A program made the translations under genes and the position numbers. From contig NC_042999.1 in the NCBI RefSeq assembly GCF_006345805.1, positions 157,232,001-157,296,000 of the forward strand: a stretch of 64,000 nt of DNA. Direction: 5' to 3'. The notes beneath the pieces are model-generated. The model saw only the letters and a program-made list of their open reading frames with translations. It was not told where the DNA came from and searched no databases. The DNA comes from Octopus sinensis (taxonomy: Eukaryota). Of this stretch, positions 62,871 to 64,000 are shown piece by piece (position 1 is the stretch's first letter; each line of letters opens with the position of its first letter).

Positions 62871-63064
62871 TGATTGCTTTGTGCACCCCAAAAGTGCACG
62901 AGGATATTCACTAAGTTCGTTACATATATATAGTTCAACCGCCGGTTCTCATTGTTCATTTCTCGTTTCCAATTGTAGAAAGTTGCATGTTTTGTTGATG
63001 AGAAGTTGGTTATTTTCGAGTCGGGTTTACCAAGTATAATGATGGTATGTAATATATTTTTTAT

Positions 63065-63285
63065 TACCCCCAAGGGGCTAAACATAGAGGGGACAAACAA
63101 GGACAGACATAGGTATTAAGTCGATTACATCGACCCCAGTGAGTAACTGGTACTTAATTTATTGACCCCGAAAGGATGAAAGGCAAAGTCGACCTCGGCG
63201 GAATTTGAACTCACAACATAACGGCAAACGAAATACGGCTACGCATTTCGGCCGGCGTGCTAACGTTTCTGCCAGCTCGCCGCCC
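63065..63285 (-). mobile_element. SINE family F
   Basis: Full-length match to 36008-36230. Confidence 0.88.
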
Positions 63286-63380
63286 TACCACGAAGCATGC
63301 GTTAATTATGAAGTCTAGTGACTGGTGAAACAAGGGGATGGAGTAAGAGAGTCGATCTCTCTAGGCTGCCACGCAGACAG

Positions 63381-64000
63381 GGAGAAAGTTGTATTGTTGC
63401 ACAATGACAATCCATAGGTGAAGAAGGAGAAATAGATATTCTTCGGTTTGGCACCAAGTGACCAGAGAGGTAGCACCGATTTAGGATTCCGTATTTATAA
63501 TTTTTCTATCTAAATTTGGTCAGAATAGACAAAGAATTGTCCATCATTAACTTTTTTTGATATTTCTCCCTGTCATTTCTAATTAAACATAGAGTGAATT
63601 AAACATAGAGGAGACAAACAAGGATAGACAAAGGGATTAAGTCGATTACATCGACCCCAGTGCGTAACTGGTACTTAATTTATCGACCCCAAAAGATGAA
63701 AGGCAAAGTCGACCTCGGAGAAAGTTGTATTGTTGCACAATGACAATCCATAGGTGAAGAAGGAGAAATAGATATTCTTCGGTTTGGCACCAAGTGACCA
63801 GAGAGGTAGCACCGATTTAGGATTCCGTATTTATAATTTTTCTATCTAAATTTGGTCAGAATAGACAAAGAATTGTCCATCATTAACTTTTTTTGATATT
63901 TCTCCCTGTCATTTCTAATTAAACATAGAGTGAATTAAACATAGAGGAGACAAACAAGGATAGACAAAGGGATTAAGTCGATTACATCGACCCCAGTGCG
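63381..64000. repeat. 336-bp tandem duplication including part of a SINE F
   Basis: 63381-63716 is repeated from 63717 to the window end. Confidence 0.9.

Noticed and set aside
56320-64000. Upstream astacin exon with HExxHxxGxxH
   Set aside because: Searched by eye on the minus strand and not found; presumed outside the window.

Overview
AT-rich, repeat-dense eukaryotic DNA. The SINE, LINE and microsatellite repertoire looks like a coleoid cephalopod, most likely Octopus (inferred from pattern recognition, not a database search). There are no rRNA, true tRNA or CRISPR loci. Most of the window is microsatellite plus transposon debris: at least six SINE families, REL-type (R4/Dong-like), RTE and CR1 LINE fragments, several Penelope-like element (PLE) fragments, a miniature Gypsy LTR element, two solo-LTR-like segments, Tc1, mariner, pogo and Merlin transposase relics, and piggyBac-type and other MITEs. 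One 100-N gap lies at 32637-32736. Only two host-gene exons are supportable, both on the minus strand: the C-terminal exon of an astacin (M12A) metalloprotease domain (56096-56319) and a transmembrane-anchor exon (10528-10740). Two observations stand out. (1) Type I hammerhead-ribozyme motifs of four unrelated sequence families occur as 10 copies, ranging from complete to decayed. All lie in PLE-like termini or short repeats that resemble them. (2) The astacin exon ends in TAG followed 6 nt later by a consensus splice donor, and that donor's phase matches the orphan TM exon. This raises a speculative but testable stop-recoding model for a membrane-anchored isoform. Repeat boundaries were placed by eye and are approximate unless TIR or TSD sequences are quoted.
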